This document shows positions 7,871 through 16,110 of a stretch of DNA of 60,928 bases, one piece after another; the first letter of the stretch is position 1, and every line of letters starts with the position of its first letter. The DNA comes from Patescibacteria group bacterium (lineage in GTDB: Bacteria; Patescibacteriota; Patescibacteriia; Patescibacteriales; UBA12465), in contig JAQICS010000032.1 of NCBI GenBank assembly GCA_027858435.1, forward strand, positions 1-60,928, read 5' to 3'. A program made the translations under genes and the position numbers. The notes below the pieces were generated by a model. The model saw only the letters and a program-made list of their open reading frames with translations, was not told the DNA's origin and made no database searches.

Positions 7871-10800
7871 TTAATCTATTATTTCAAAAATATTTTTAAA
7901 AACTTGTCTTAAATAATCCTTTAATTTTTTAGTATTATTTACAAAATGAGAGGTTTTAATAATCTTAGCTTTACCATTTTCAACTACCTTAAAGTATACT
8001 TCATTATCACCTATATTTTCAGTAAAGATTTTAATTAAAAAATTTAAATCACCTTCTTTAAGTTCTTTATTAATTGAAATCTTTAAAGGGTTTTCACTTT
8101 TTTTCTTTCTTGGTTTTTTTATTTCTTGATTAGTATTTTCCTGATTATTATTTTCTTGATTATTGTCTTTGCTGTTAACTTCAGTATTATTCATTGTTTC
8201 TTCTTTTTTATTTAAATTTTCATTATTATTATTTTTAATACTATTATCTTTAGTATTATTTTCTGTTTTAACTTCTTCTTTTTTCTCATCCTTTATTTTA
8301 CTTTGTTTAGAGCTTCCATTTCTAAAAGAATTAAATTTTCTCCTTCTAAAAGAAGAACCGGCTGTTTCCATGCGCATCTTTTTAAAATCATCAACTGACT
8401 TAGCTGGTTCCCTGTGATCAAGTGGTTTAACTCTATCAATTAAAAACTTAACATCACTATCTTTTTCTGAAACACTGCCATCCATGATAACCGCTTGTCC
8501 TGGTTGCCATAGCTCTGATGTTTCTTTATATACTTTTGGAAATACCAGTGCTTCAATTGATTTAGTAGCATCTTCAATTTTAGCAAAAAGCATTGCTTCA
8601 CCTTTTTTAGTTAATATTTTTTTAAAACTTGAAACAATTCCCGCTATTACAATTCCATCTTCGTTGCGATGGGCTTGGAGTGAAGCTAGAGGAACTACAT
8701 ATGAACTTAAGTATTGTCTGAATATATTATATGGATGCTCACTTACGTATAATCCTAATAGTTCTTTTTCCCAAGTTAGTTTTTCGTTTTGCTCAACTGG
8801 TGGCGCTTCATCAAGTGTCATTTTACTTAAACCAACAGCTGGAGCGTCAGCAAACAAACTGCTTTGCTTACTATTCTTATTCTTTACCGCTTCTTTGTTA
8901 TAGCTTAGAAGTCTTTCTAGATTTGATAGCAGTCTTCCTCTTTCTCCATAGTTATCTAAGGCTCCACACTTAATTAAACTCTCTAGTGATTTCTTGTTTA
9001 AGTCTTTGTCAGTGATTCGCTCAAGCATGTCAAATATATCTTTATAGGGGCCATTGTTTTTTCTTTCTTCAATAATTTCATCAACAATATGGTCACCAAC
9101 ATTTTTAACTGCCTTTAGACCAAAACGAATAGTATGTAATTTTTCTGACTTATCAATTGGCTTGTTATCCTTAGTATTACTTGAAACTACAGTAAAACTT
9201 GCAAAGGACTCATTAATATCAGGAGGCATAATGCTAATTCCCATATTTCGACATTCTTCAATTTCAATTGCAATACGATCAGTGTCACCTTGATCAGCGG
9301 TTAAAAGAGCGGCCATGAACTCCACTGGGTAGTGGGCTTTTAAATAAGCGGTTTGATAACCAATTAGAGCATAGCAAGCGGCGTGACTACGATTAAATCC
9401 ATAGCCAGCAAATGGTTCGATAAAAGAAAAGACTTTTTCAGCTAATTCCTTATATATCCCATTTTTAACACAACCATCGATAAACTTAGCTTTTTGTTTA
9501 GCTAAAAGTTCAGCGATTTTCTTTCCCATCGCTTTTCTTAAAATATCTGCTTCACCAGGTGTAAAGCCAGCTAGAGACCTAGAGATTTGCATCACTTGTT
9601 CTTGGTAGATTGCAACTCCATATGTCTTATTCAAAATTGGTTCTAATTTTGGATGTAAGTATTCTACCTTTTTCTTTCCGTGTTTTCCGTCAATATAGTC
9701 AGGAATCCATTCCATTGGTCCGGGACGATAAAGAGCCACCATGGCAATAATATCTTCAAATTCTGTTGGTTTTAATTCCTTTAAATATCTTTTCATACCA
9801 GATGACTCAAACTGAAAGACACCAGTAGTTGCACCCTCTTGAAATAGTTTATACGCCTCCTTATCCTCAAGCGGTAGATTATCGATATCAATTTCATCAC
9901 CACGTGTATTTTTAATAATCTTTAAAGCAGCTTCAATAATGGTTAGGTTTTTTAAACCTAAAAAGTCCATTTTAAGTAGTCCTAAATCTTCAACTGGATG
10001 CAGTGAATATTGAGAAATAATTGTCTTATCAGATGAAGAAGCATATTGAACTGGTACGTATTCAGTTAAGGGTTTAGGAGTAATTAATACACCACAAGCA
10101 TGAGTTGAGGAATGACGCGCCACTCCTTCAAGTCTTAAGGCATAGTCAATAATTTTTTTAGCTTCTTCTTCTTGATATATCTCTTTAAACTCTGGTACTT
10201 CATCTAAGGCTTCTTGGATTTTAGTAAACATCGGGATACTTTTAGATATCCTATCACAATATTCATAAGGAGCATCTAAAACACGCCCTACATCCCTAAC
10301 TGCCGCCCGAGCAGCCATAGTTCCAAAAGTAATAATTTGAGAAACATGATCATGTCCATATTTTTCTGACACGTAATCAAGCACATCCCCACGTCTGATA
10401 TCAGCAAAGTCTAAATCAATATCAGGCATTGAGATACGATCTGGATTTAAAAATCTTTCAAATAACAGGTCATAGATTAAAGGATCAAGGTTAGTGATAC
10501 CAGTTAAATAGCAAACTAAAGAACCAGCTGCACTACCACGACCAGGACCAACCACAATTTTGTGATCACGAGCCCATTTAACAAAATCAGCTACGATTAA
10601 GAAATACGCAGGCCAACCCATATTAGAAATTATTTTTAATTCATATTCAAATCTGTCAATAATATCTTTTACAGATAAACCTTCAGGCATCCTATTTTCA
10701 TCTTCAACCACCCATTCTCCTTTTTCATCTTTTAATACTGAATATTTTTCATATAGACCTTTTTCACAAAGCTTGCGAAAATATGAACCTTCATCATATC

Positions 10801-11674
10801 CTTCTGGTACTTGAAAAGTTGGAAGCTCAGTATGGCCTAAGTCTATTTCTAAATTACAAGCATCAGCAATTTTAACAGTATTCTCAACTGCTTCAGGAAC
10901 GTGATTAAAAGCTTCTTTCATCTCAGCATTAGGTCTCATTGAATAATCCCCTTTGCCAATCATAGTCATCCGATCCTTTTCATATATCTTTTTTTTGTTT
11001 TGTAAACATAACAAAATATCTTGAGCTTGAGCATCGTCTTTTTTAAAATAATGAACATCATTTGTAGCAACAAGCGGAACATTTAATTCTTTGGAAAACT
11101 CTATTAACTTTTCGTTAACCTCCATTTGATTTTCAAGTTCTGGATGATCTTGAAGTTCAAGATAATAGTTACCTTGTCCAAATAAGTCATTATATTCTTT
11201 TATTCTCTTTTTAGCCTTATCAAATTTTTTAGCCATTATTAACTGCGGTATCTCACCACCCAAACAAGCTGAAAGAGCAATTACACCTTCATGATGTTTC
11301 TGTAATACTTCCCAATCAATTCTCGGTTTGTAATAGAAGCCTTCAAGATGAGCCGTTGAAGTTAATTTAATTAAATTCCTGTACCCTGTCTCATTCTTAG
11401 CCAGTAGTACAAGGTGACGACTTCTGGCATCTTCTCTAGTATTTTTGTCATGTCTTGAACCTGGAGCTAAATATGCCTCCACTCCAACAATTGGCTTTAT
11501 CCCAGCCTTCTTAGCTAATTGATAGAACTCAATTACACCATACATAGTTCCGTGATCAGTTAAAGCAACAGCTGGTGAACCTTGTTCTTTAGCAAAATTA
11601 ACTAACTCATCAAGTTTAGTTAAGCCATCAAGGAGTGAATAGTGACTATGATTGTGGAGATGAACGAAAGACAT
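7871..11674 (-). CDS. dnaE: DNA polymerase III alpha subunit
   Basis: PHP-domain start MSFVHLHNHSHYSLLDG. Core motifs GPGRGSAAGSLV and PDIDLDF are present, with an OB-fold region near the C-terminus. 1267 aa, including an N/K/E-rich low-complexity insertion. Confidence 0.95.
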   Translation of the reverse strand: MSFVHLHNHSHYSLLDGLTKLDELVNFAKEQGSPAVALTDHGTMYGVIEFYQLAKKAGIKPIVGVEAYLAPGSRHDKNTREDARSRHLVLLAKNETGYRNLIKLTSTAHLEGFYYKPRIDWEVLQKHHEGVIALSACLGGEIPQLIMAKKFDKAKKRIKEYNDLFGQGNYYLELQDHPELENQMEVNEKLIEFSKELNVPLVATNDVHYFKKDDAQAQDILLCLQNKKKIYEKDRMTMIGKGDYSMRPNAEMKEAFNHVPEAVENTVKIADACNLEIDLGHTELPTFQVPEGYDEGSYFRKLCEKGLYEKYSVLKDEKGEWVVEDENRMPEGLSVKDIIDRFEYELKIISNMGWPAYFLIVADFVKWARDHKIVVGPGRGSAAGSLVCYLTGITNLDPLIYDLLFERFLNPDRISMPDIDLDFADIRRGDVLDYVSEKYGHDHVSQIITFGTMAARAAVRDVGRVLDAPYEYCDRISKSIPMFTKIQEALDEVPEFKEIYQEEEAKKIIDYALRLEGVARHSSTHACGVLITPKPLTEYVPVQYASSSDKTIISQYSLHPVEDLGLLKMDFLGLKNLTIIEAALKIIKNTRGDEIDIDNLPLEDKEAYKLFQEGATTGVFQFESSGMKRYLKELKPTEFEDIIAMVALYRPGPMEWIPDYIDGKHGKKKVEYLHPKLEPILNKTYGVAIYQEQVMQISRSLAGFTPGEADILRKAMGKKIAELLAKQKAKFIDGCVKNGIYKELAEKVFSFIEPFAGYGFNRSHAACYALIGYQTAYLKAHYPVEFMAALLTADQGDTDRIAIEIEECRNMGISIMPPDINESFASFTVVSSNTKDNKPIDKSEKLHTIRFGLKAVKNVGDHIVDEIIEERKNNGPYKDIFDMLERITDKDLNKKSLESLIKCGALDNYGERGRLLSNLERLLSYNKEAVKNKNSKQSSLFADAPAVGLSKMTLDEAPPVEQNEKLTWEKELLGLYVSEHPYNIFRQYLSSYVVPLASLQAHRNEDGIVIAGIVSSFKKILTKKGEAMLFAKIEDATKSIEALVFPKVYKETSELWQPGQAVIMDGSVSEKDSDVKFLIDRVKPLDHREPAKSVDDFKKMRMETAGSSFRRRKFNSFRNGSSKQSKIKDEKKEEVKTENNTKDNSIKNNNNENLNKKEETMNNTEVNSKDNNQENNNQENTNQEIKKPRKKKSENPLKISINKELKEGDLNFLIKIFTENIGDNEVYFKVVENGKAKIIKTSHFVNNTKKLKDYLRQVFKNIFEIID

Positions 11675-11757
11675 TTATTATATATTAATTTATATTTTAT
11701 TCACAAATAATTTATTTGTATAATTTTAGTTTAATACAACTAAGATGCTTTGACAAC

Positions 11758-11786
11758 TTGACAAAATTTATAAAAAAATATAATAT
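11758..11786 (+). promoter_or_regulatory. sigma70-like promoter for the orphan RNA
   Basis: TTGACA (11758..11763), a 17-nt spacer and TAATAT (11781..11786). TATAAT at 11779..11784 is an alternative -10. A second overlapping TTGACA lies at 11750..11755. Confidence 0.5.
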
Positions 11787-11790
11787 CCTA

Positions 11791-12007
11791 GCATCATGTG
11801 TAGCGTTTTTCCTAGCCTGGATTTTGGTCTAACGATAAAACCAACTTCTAAGAGTCCTGTTATTAGGATTAAGGTAAAAAATGGAAGAACCTCCTATCGG
11901 TCAGCATCTAAAAAACATTCAAATGCTCAGATGGCTGCGGGGTCTGAAAAACCCTAAAAAAGGAGGTTTTCCTATTAAGTGCTAATGCACAATGAAGTTC
12001 TTTTTTT
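11791..12007 (+). ncRNA. candidate structured non-coding RNA of unknown class (may extend to the terminator at 12057)
   Basis: It has its own promoter and terminator and no downstream plus-strand gene. A closing stem pairs UCAUGUGUAGC (about 11794..11804) with GCUAaugCACaAUGA (11981..11995). CCUCCU (11890..11895) pairs with AGGAGG (11961..11966) and encloses two hairpins. Local hairpins UUGGU/ACCAA and UCCU/AGGA are also present. A T7 run lies at 12001..12007. Confidence 0.4.
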
Positions 12008-12019
12008 AAGTTTTAACTG

Positions 12020-12057
12020 AGCGCCCATTAACCTATTTAAGGTGGGCGCTTTTTTTT
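12020..12057 (+). terminator. rho-independent terminator
   Basis: AGCGCCCA (12020..12027) pairs with TGGGCGCT (12043..12050), followed by T7 (12051..12057). Confidence 0.75.
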
Positions 12058-12059
12058 AT

Positions 12060-12088
12060 AAAAAAAAGGAGCCTACTTTAAGCTCCTT
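12060..12088 (-). terminator. rho-independent terminator after the 92-aa gene / par operon
   Basis: AAGGAGC (12066..12072) pairs with GCTCCTT (12082..12088). On the minus strand a T-run follows (the A-run 12060..12067 on the plus strand). Confidence 0.65.
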
Positions 12089-12090
12089 GG

Positions 12091-12369
12091 TTAACACTGT
12101 TGAGTTAGTTTAAATAAGAAAGGTTTTAACTTAATTTTATCCAGTAAGAATAAAACTATACCGGGAATAATACAGATAATAATAGTACATATTGTTACAA
12201 TAACAAAGAACACACCCATTATCATTTTTGTCCAAAAACAAATTGAGAATATCTGTTTTAAAAAAGATTTAACTTCCTTAAAAATAACCTCTTTCCAGTA
12301 TCTTTTACTAAACAAACAATCAAAAAATCTTAACACCCAAAATAATACATTTTTAAGTATACTTTCCAT
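12091..12369 (-). CDS. small hydrophobic Cys-rich membrane protein, probably co-transcribed with parAB
   Basis: 92-aa tracked ORF with a TM helix MIMGVFFVIVTICTIIICIIPGIVLFLL. It is preceded by a canonical GGAGG 8 nt before the ATG (plus strand CCTCC at 12378..12382), which is rare in this window. I saw no terminator between the parB stop and this gene. Confidence 0.55.
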   Translation of the reverse strand: MESILKNVLFWVLRFFDCLFSKRYWKEVIFKEVKSFLKQIFSICFWTKMIMGVFFVIVTICTIIICIIPGIVLFLLDKIKLKPFLFKLTQQC

Positions 12370-12423
12370 TTTCTGGTCCTCCTATTTAAGTTTATAATGT
12401 ACGATTTAACCTTTTATAATACT

Positions 12424-13302
12424 TTAATTTTTGATTTTTGTCAAAATATCATTTAGGTCTTCATCGGCAAAAAAATCAATAATTATTTGTCCTCCTTTTT
12501 TCTTTCTTTTAATTTCAACCTTAGAACTTAAATATGAAGAAAGTTCATCCTCTTTATTTTTATCATGTAAATCCTTTTCTTTAATCTCCGGACTTCTATT
12601 TAATCTTTTAATCTCTTTCCCTGTTTCAAGCACTGTTAGATTGTGTCTTAAAATCTTCTTTAACATATTAACTTGCTTAGCCTCATTTTCAATGCTTAAC
12701 AAATATTTAGCATGAGCTTCAGATATCTTACCAGCGGCTAAGGCTGACTGAGCTTCAGTACTAAGACTTAATAGTCTAAGCGCATTAGCAATAGTTGATC
12801 TAGCTTTACCTAATTTAATAGCTGTTTCATCTTGAGTTAAGTTAAATTCATTCATTAGCTTTTGATAGGCAAGAGCGCTTTCAAGAGGGTTTAAATTTTC
12901 TCTTTGCAGGTTTTCAATTAAAGCTAATTCAAGCTTCTCTTGTTCCCTTTCTTCCCTTACAATAACTGGTACTTCTTTTAAGCCCGCTATTTTAGAAGCT
13001 CTAAGTCTTCTTTCACCAGCAATTAATTCATAGCCTTCTTCTTTAGGAGTTACAATTAATGGCGAAATGATTCCATGTTCTTTAATAGAATTAGCTAAAT
13101 CATTTAAGGCATTTTCAGAAAATTCTTGTCTTGGTTGTTGTGGATTAACACTAATTTCTGATTGCTTAACCTTTAATATCCTATCAAAATCATGAACTAC
13201 AACTTCTTCATTTTTTGAATCAGAGTCATAGGGGTTTTTTCCATAAGTAACTGTTTTTTTGGGAATTAGAGAACCAAGTCCTCTTCCTAATCCTTGTGGC
13301 AT
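12424..13302 (-). CDS. parB: chromosome partitioning protein ParB/Spo0J
   Basis: N-terminal GLGRGLGSLIP, ParB-box region ISPLIVTP...YELIAGERRLRASK, LIENLQRENLNPLE, and an HTH (QDETAIKLGKARSTIANALRLL). Confidence 0.92.
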   Translation of the reverse strand: MPQGLGRGLGSLIPKKTVTYGKNPYDSDSKNEEVVVHDFDRILKVKQSEISVNPQQPRQEFSENALNDLANSIKEHGIISPLIVTPKEEGYELIAGERRLRASKIAGLKEVPVIVREEREQEKLELALIENLQRENLNPLESALAYQKLMNEFNLTQDETAIKLGKARSTIANALRLLSLSTEAQSALAAGKISEAHAKYLLSIENEAKQVNMLKKILRHNLTVLETGKEIKRLNRSPEIKEKDLHDKNKEDELSSYLSSKVEIKRKKKGGQIIIDFFADEDLNDILTKIKN

Positions 13303-13327
13303 ATATCTAAATTATTTATTATTTTAA

Positions 13328-14104
13328 TTATTTCTCTTTTTCTTTTTCAATGTTTATCACTTCTTTAGCTAAGCTTTTATAAGCTTTAGCTCCTTTAGAT
13401 TTAGGATCATAATGTAGTATTGAACGACCATAACTAGGAGCTTCTGCTAATCGTACTGTTCTAGGAATAATTGATCTAAAAATATGATTAGGAAAATATT
13501 GGTATAATTCATTCATAACCGCTTCTGATAATTTATTCCTTTTATCAAACATGGTAATAACTGCACCCATAATGTTTAACCCTGGCTTTAAGTTACTCTG
13601 AACCAAGCTAATTGTCTCAAGTAGTTGACTTAAACCCTCAAGAGCATAGTATTCACTTTGAATTGGAATAATTACTTCATCAGAGGCTGAAAGACTGTTT
13701 ACAGTTAAAAGACCAAGAGATGGTGGGCCATCAATGATTATATAATCAAATTCATCCTTTATTTCACTTATCGCTCTATCTAATCTAAATTCCCTATCAG
13801 AAACTGAAACAAGTTCAACACCAGCACCAGCTAAATTTAAAGTAGCCGGGGCAATTTTTAAACCATCTTGAACTGTTCTTTTAATTATCTCATGCATTGC
13901 TTTGTTACTAACCAAAGCTTCGTATATACCAAATTCTAAGTTTCGATGATCAAAACCCAGACCAGAAGTAGCGTTAGCTTGTGGATCAAGGTCTATTAAA
14001 AGAACCTTCTTTCCCAGCTCTGCTAAATATACTGATAGATTAACTGAAGTAGTTGTCTTACCAACTCCTCCTTTTTGATTCACAATTGAAATTATTTTTC
14101 CCAT
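13328..14104 (-). CDS. parA: chromosome partitioning ATPase ParA/Soj
   Basis: Deviant Walker A NQKGGVGKTT directly follows MGKIISIV. I chose the internal ATG at 14102..14104 because the tracked 25-aa N-terminal extension overlaps the consensus tRNA promoter on the opposite strand and is low-complexity. Confidence 0.9.
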   Translation of the reverse strand: MGKIISIVNQKGGVGKTTTSVNLSVYLAELGKKVLLIDLDPQANATSGLGFDHRNLEFGIYEALVSNKAMHEIIKRTVQDGLKIAPATLNLAGAGVELVSVSDREFRLDRAISEIKDEFDYIIIDGPPSLGLLTVNSLSASDEVIIPIQSEYYALEGLSQLLETISLVQSNLKPGLNIMGAVITMFDKRNKLSEAVMNELYQYFPNHIFRSIIPRTVRLAEAPSYGRSILHYDPKSKGAKAYKSLAKEVINIEKEKEK

Positions 14105-14172
14105 ATATAAATATTTTCTGTTTATGTTTATATTATATAGTATATTTAGATATCTGACAATTTTTTTATGTT

Positions 14173-14201
14173 TTGACAAAAATAAATATATTACGTATAA
14201 T
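14173..14201 (+). promoter_or_regulatory. consensus sigma70 promoter for tRNA-Leu
   Basis: TTGACA (14173..14178), a 17-nt spacer and TATAAT (14196..14201), about 19 nt upstream of the tRNA 5' end. Confidence 0.75.
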
Positions 14202-14219
14202 TTGGAAAAGAATATTTAA

Positions 14220-14303
14220 GCCGCGATGGCGGAACTGGTAGACGCACACGACTCAAACTCGTGCGGAGGAAACTCCATGAGGGTTCAAGTCCCTCTCGCG
14301 GTA
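14220..14303 (+). tRNA. tRNA-Leu (anticodon CAA), class II with a long variable arm
   Basis: Manual cloverleaf: acceptor GCCGCGA/TCGCGGT, anticodon stem CACGA/TCGTG with loop CTCAAAC, variable arm CGGAGGAAACTCCATG, T arm GAGGG-TTCAAGT-CCCTC, discriminator A. CCA is not encoded. Confidence 0.9.
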
Positions 14304-14310
14304 CAAATAA

Positions 14311-14341
14311 ACATAAACAAGAGATTGTTTGTGTTTTTTTT
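14311..14341 (+). terminator. rho-independent terminator after the tRNA
   Basis: ACATAAACAA (14311..14320) pairs with TTGTTTGTGT (14326..14335) with one G-U pair, followed by a T-run. Confidence 0.6.
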
Positions 14342-14350
14342 ATTTAACTC

Positions 14351-14379
14351 TTTACATTTATTTATTTTTATGTTATAGT
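14351..14379 (+). promoter_or_regulatory. sigma70-like promoter for 14418..14972
   Basis: TTTACA (14351..14356), a 17-nt spacer and TATAGT (14374..14379). Confidence 0.5.
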
Positions 14380-14417
14380 AAAAAGTTAAAATTCGAACCT
14401 TTAAAAACAGATTTAAA

Positions 14418-14972
14418 ATGAAAAAAATTCTATTAGTATCATTACTGATAATTTTATCAGGACAAATTTTTGCCCAGATTTCTATTTATTCCAATTTTAC
14501 TGGAGAAAGTTTAAGACCTACCGTAATTATTGCAAACCAAAAATCTTTAAGTGATTACGGAAGTTTTGGTTTAAACTATTACACTTTAGTCAATCAAAAT
14601 TGGGCTGAAGTACAAGTCGGTTTTTACAAAAACAGTTTTGACTGGTTAAGCTGGGGTTTCAGTCTTGGATTAGAGCAAAATGAGAAACCACTTCGCGCTG
14701 GATCAATGTTATGCCTATTTAATACAAAAAACACCTTTTTAGCTCTTATGGAAAAAGGTTATGGCAGAAACAATTACTGGTACGACATTACCGCTTGGCA
14801 CAGATTCAACTCTGATATTAGAATTGGTTTTAGAGCTTGGCGTTTTACTGGTGTTGGACCAATAATGGAATTCAGTATTCCAAATTCAAATTTGAGTTTA
14901 TGGTTTATTCCAGCTTACGACTTTGAAGCTCAAGACCAAAATATTGTATTTGGTTTAAATTACTACTTGTAA
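14418..14972 (+). CDS. secreted protein with an outer-membrane-beta-barrel-like sequence pattern
   Basis: Signal peptide MKKILLVSLLIILSGQIFAQ. About ten alternating hydrophobic/aromatic strands follow (GLNYYTLV, AEVQVGFY, WGFSLGLE, IRIGFRAWRF, LSLWFIPAYDF). The aromatic C-terminus is FGLNYYL. Confidence 0.55.
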   Translation: MKKILLVSLLIILSGQIFAQISIYSNFTGESLRPTVIIANQKSLSDYGSFGLNYYTLVNQNWAEVQVGFYKNSFDWLSWGFSLGLEQNEKPLRAGSMLCLFNTKNTFLALMEKGYGRNNYWYDITAWHRFNSDIRIGFRAWRFTGVGPIMEFSIPNSNLSLWFIPAYDFEAQDQNIVFGLNYYL

Positions 14973-14982
14973 AAATTACAAA

Positions 14983-15015
14983 AGGACATTTAAAAAATTA
15001 AATGTCCTTTTTTTC
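14983..15015. terminator. bidirectional terminator between convergent genes
   Basis: AGGACATTT (14983..14991) pairs with AAATGTCCT (15000..15008). A T-run follows at 15009..15015 and an A-rich flank lies upstream. Confidence 0.7.
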
Positions 15016-15020
15016 TTTGT

Positions 15021-15070
15021 CTCTTTCTTCTTTTGTTTATTCTCTTTCTTATTTTGTTTATTCTCTTTTT
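15021..15070. repeat. imperfect 21-bp tandem repeat, about 2.5 copies
   Basis: CTCTTTCTTCTTTTGTTTATT / CTCTTTCTTATTTTGTTTATT / CTCTTTTTATAC, located in the 3' region of rlmN. Confidence 0.6.
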
Positions 15071-15084
15071 ATACTTTATCCTAC

Positions 15085-16095
15085 TTACTTCTTCTTTGAA
15101 CTTCCCTTTAATTGACCACAGGCTGCTCCAATTTCTGCACCATAGCTTTTTCTAACTGTTACCGCCACTCCTTCGTTTTCTAGTATTTCTTTAAACTTAT
15201 CAATCCTTTTTTCACTAGATGGTTGAAATCTACCAGTTGAATTATATGGGATTAAATTAACCATGTATAATGGTTTTTTCATTAACTTAACTAGTTTTTC
15301 TGCATCTTTGTCACTATCATTTACTTCCTTTATCATTAAATACTCAAACATTACTCGTCTATTTGTTTTAAGGATATATCTATCAACCTCTTTTAATATT
15401 TCATGTATTCTATACTTCTTAGCAACTGGCATTAAATCACGACGCAAGTCATCATCAGCAGCGTGAAGTGAGATAGCAAGATTAACTTGAATTTTCTCAC
15501 CAGCTAGTTTTTTAATCCCTTCAGTAATACCAGCAGTTGATACCGATAGTCTTCTAGCTCCAATATTAAAAGTTTCAACATCGTTTAAAAACTTAACCGA
15601 TTTGATAAACTGAGAGTAGTTTAGAAATGGCTCACCCATTCCCATGTATACAATGTTGTCTATTTTTTCATCTCTTTCTTTTAAGTATCTTGCCCAGAAA
15701 ATAACTTGCTCAATAATCTCACTGGATTCTAGATTGCGGGTGAAGCCCATCTTACCAGTGGCACAAAATACGCAAGCTAAAGGACAACCAATTTGAGTTG
15801 ATAGGCAAACAGTATAGCGAAGTGTGTCATCGTGTTTTTGTCTGATTAATACTGTTTCAATTTCTTGACCATCTTCTAAGGTGATCAGGGCTTTCTTTCC
15901 TCTATTTTGACCATCAAAAATTTTAGCTTCAATGTCAAGTGGACATTCATTGTTAAGTTTTTCTCTTAAGTCTTTAGGAAGTACTGATAAGTCTTGCCAA
16001 TTTGTGATAAAGTCAGAATAAAGAGCTTTTTCCACTTGCTTAAAGCGAAATTTTGGCTGGTCTTGTAGAATGTCTGATAGTTTTTCTATGTTCAT
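15085..16095 (-). CDS. rlmN: 23S rRNA (adenine2503-C2)-methyltransferase, RlmN/Cfr radical SAM family
   Basis: Radical SAM cluster motif GCPLACVFCATG, MGMGEPFLN, and a C-terminal catalytic Cys in GAACGQL. Confidence 0.9.
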   Translation of the reverse strand: MNIEKLSDILQDQPKFRFKQVEKALYSDFITNWQDLSVLPKDLREKLNNECPLDIEAKIFDGQNRGKKALITLEDGQEIETVLIRQKHDDTLRYTVCLSTQIGCPLACVFCATGKMGFTRNLESSEIIEQVIFWARYLKERDEKIDNIVYMGMGEPFLNYSQFIKSVKFLNDVETFNIGARRLSVSTAGITEGIKKLAGEKIQVNLAISLHAADDDLRRDLMPVAKKYRIHEILKEVDRYILKTNRRVMFEYLMIKEVNDSDKDAEKLVKLMKKPLYMVNLIPYNSTGRFQPSSEKRIDKFKEILENEGVAVTVRKSYGAEIGAACGQLKGSSKKK

Positions 16096-16110
16096 ATATT
16101 AATTATATTA

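Noticed and set aside
8163-9293. Four plus-strand ORFs inside dnaE (8163..8417, 8484..8903, 8731..8973, 9054..9293).
   Set aside because: They lie antisense to a confidently identified conserved gene and have no motifs. They are typical spurious frames in AT-rich DNA.
11703-11719. 17-bp palindrome ACAAATAA-T-TTATTTGT about 30 nt upstream of the dnaE start, as a possible operator.
   Set aside because: It is an AT-only palindrome in very AT-rich intergenic DNA and could easily arise by chance. There is no supporting evidence, so it is noted but not claimed.
11796-11957. 53-codon ORF (MCSVFPSLDFGLTIKPTSKS...) inside the orphan RNA region.
   Set aside because: It would have to be almost leaderless, has no RBS and has no recognisable fold or family. 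The region's extensive self-complementarity fits an RNA better. It is kept only as an alternative to test.
14105-14179. 25-aa N-terminal extension of ParA in the ORF track (MSKHKKIVRYLNILYNININRKYLY).
   Set aside because: The canonical ParA N-terminus starts at the internal Met just before the Walker A motif. The extension overlaps the consensus tRNA-Leu promoter on the other strand.
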